Positions 63,300 through 64,000 of a stretch of 64,000 nucleotides of DNA are shown piece after piece. The translations under genes and the position numbers were made by a program. The notes beneath the pieces were generated by a model, which did no database searches, was not told the origin of the DNA, and saw only the letters and a program-made list of their open reading frames with translations. The stretch covers positions 7,752,001 through 7,816,000 of the forward strand of contig NC_087245.1 of NCBI RefSeq assembly GCF_037042905.1, given 5' to 3'. This stretch comes from Lytechinus pictus. Taxonomy: Eukaryota. Within the stretch, counting starts at the first letter, position 1. Each line of letters begins with the position of its first letter.

Positions 63300-63388
63300 A
63301 AAATGCATTGCTCAAGGACCATGCAGGGAATTGAACCCCAGTCTTCCATGATGTAGTCATGCGCCTCAGACCACTCCGCCGTGGCACC
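63300..63388 (-). mobile_element. tRNA-derived SINE head
   Basis: Minus strand GGTGCCACGGCGGAGTGGTCTGAGGCG...GGGGTTCAATTCCC..GTCCTTGAGCAA; A- and B-box-like motifs but no clean cloverleaf. Confidence 0.6.
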
Positions 63389-63449
63389 TTGCCTACTCTG
63401 CATAAACTTTCATTTCCTCATTGTAGCATATCCTCTTTTTCTGATACAG

Positions 63450-63565
63450 GAGCAGCAATAGTCTGTTTCAAAGACCCTGAAGTAGCGATGAAAGCCTTCT
63501 ATGTTCTCAAGGATCAGTCATATGATGACAGGCCACTCACAGTCCTCTTCATTCCAGAAATTCAT
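63450..63565 (+). CDS. DGKQ: DGK-theta exon, RRM-like end (GAAIVCFKDPEVAMKAFYVLKDQSYDDRPLTVLFIPEIH); catalytic domain expected beyond the window
   Basis: atacag acceptor; CAT|gtaaga donor; phase 1 to 0; inside ORF 63359-63694. Confidence 0.9.
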
Positions 63566-63706
63566 GTAAGACTTGAGCAAAGACTATCAAGACCAGAAAA
63601 CATGTCATGCCTTGTTATATCATTAAAGATTTTTGCAATCAGTTACCTTGCTATTCATTTTGATCCAAAACTTGGATTGTCGATGTATTTATGAGACCTG
63701 CATGTT

Positions 63707-63847
63707 ATAATAATAATAATAATAATAATAGGCATTTATATAGCGCCATCTATCTAGAAATATTCTATTCCGAGGCGCGTTGTTATTATTACCCTGGCTT
63801 TAGCTCGAGCTGCCTTTCAGCGCTCATGCATTCAAGGAATTAATCCT
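63707..63847 (-). mobile_element. 5'-truncated SINE with (TTA)n tail inserted into an H2 repeat unit
   Basis: (ATA)n run; flanked by duplicated TGTTAT; interrupts GACCTGCATGTTATGCTGCAGTCGGAGG. Confidence 0.7.
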
Positions 63848-64000
63848 GTTATGCTGCAGTCGGAGGTAGGTCAAAGATCATTTTCAGGTCAACGTTAAAG
63901 TTTCTGTGCAAGACTCTCTTATGACACATAACTCTGCAACCGTAAATCACTTTTCAACCAAACTTAGATGGTAGATGAACTTAGGGGACCTGGATTGCTA
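63848..64000 (+). mobile_element. HINE-like family H2 tandem unit running off the window edge (begins near 63660)
   Basis: Matches the 57941-58599 unit sequence. Confidence 0.75.

Noticed and set aside
63300..63388. tRNA gene on the minus strand
   Set aside because: A- and B-box-like motifs are present but there is no complete cloverleaf or terminator; it continues into SINE-like sequence

Overview
AT-rich animal genomic DNA; the repeat landscape looks echinoderm/sea-urchin-like (inference). The whole window lies inside one + strand, multi-exon gene encoding a diacylglycerol kinase theta (DGKQ/dgk-1 type). I hand-spliced 17 exons (12102-63565), all GT-AG and phase-compatible. They encode the end of C1A, all of C1B and C1C, a linker of three symmetric phase-1 exons (including a 1086-nt Ser/Pro-rich exon), two Ras-association (ubiquitin-like) regions and an RRM-like domain. 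The first exon(s) and the catalytic domain lie outside the window. Introns hold many non-autonomous DNA transposons (TTAA-flanked Kolobok-like MITEs, Sola2-like, hAT-like, PIF/Harbinger-like, Helentron-associated tandem-repeat elements), LINE and SINE relics, and a 1.6-kb TTTC tract. Most notable: (1) pervasive TACATGTA/TACAGTA insertions at TA sites, shown by comparing repeat copies, which match Tc1/mariner excision footprints; (2) a four-layer nested transposon stack at 32.6-39.7 kb; (3) a modular, probably alternatively spliced linker in DGK-theta; (4) repeat-borne arrays of perfect DR1 nuclear-receptor motifs; (5) a near-perfect hairpin with 101-bp arms.
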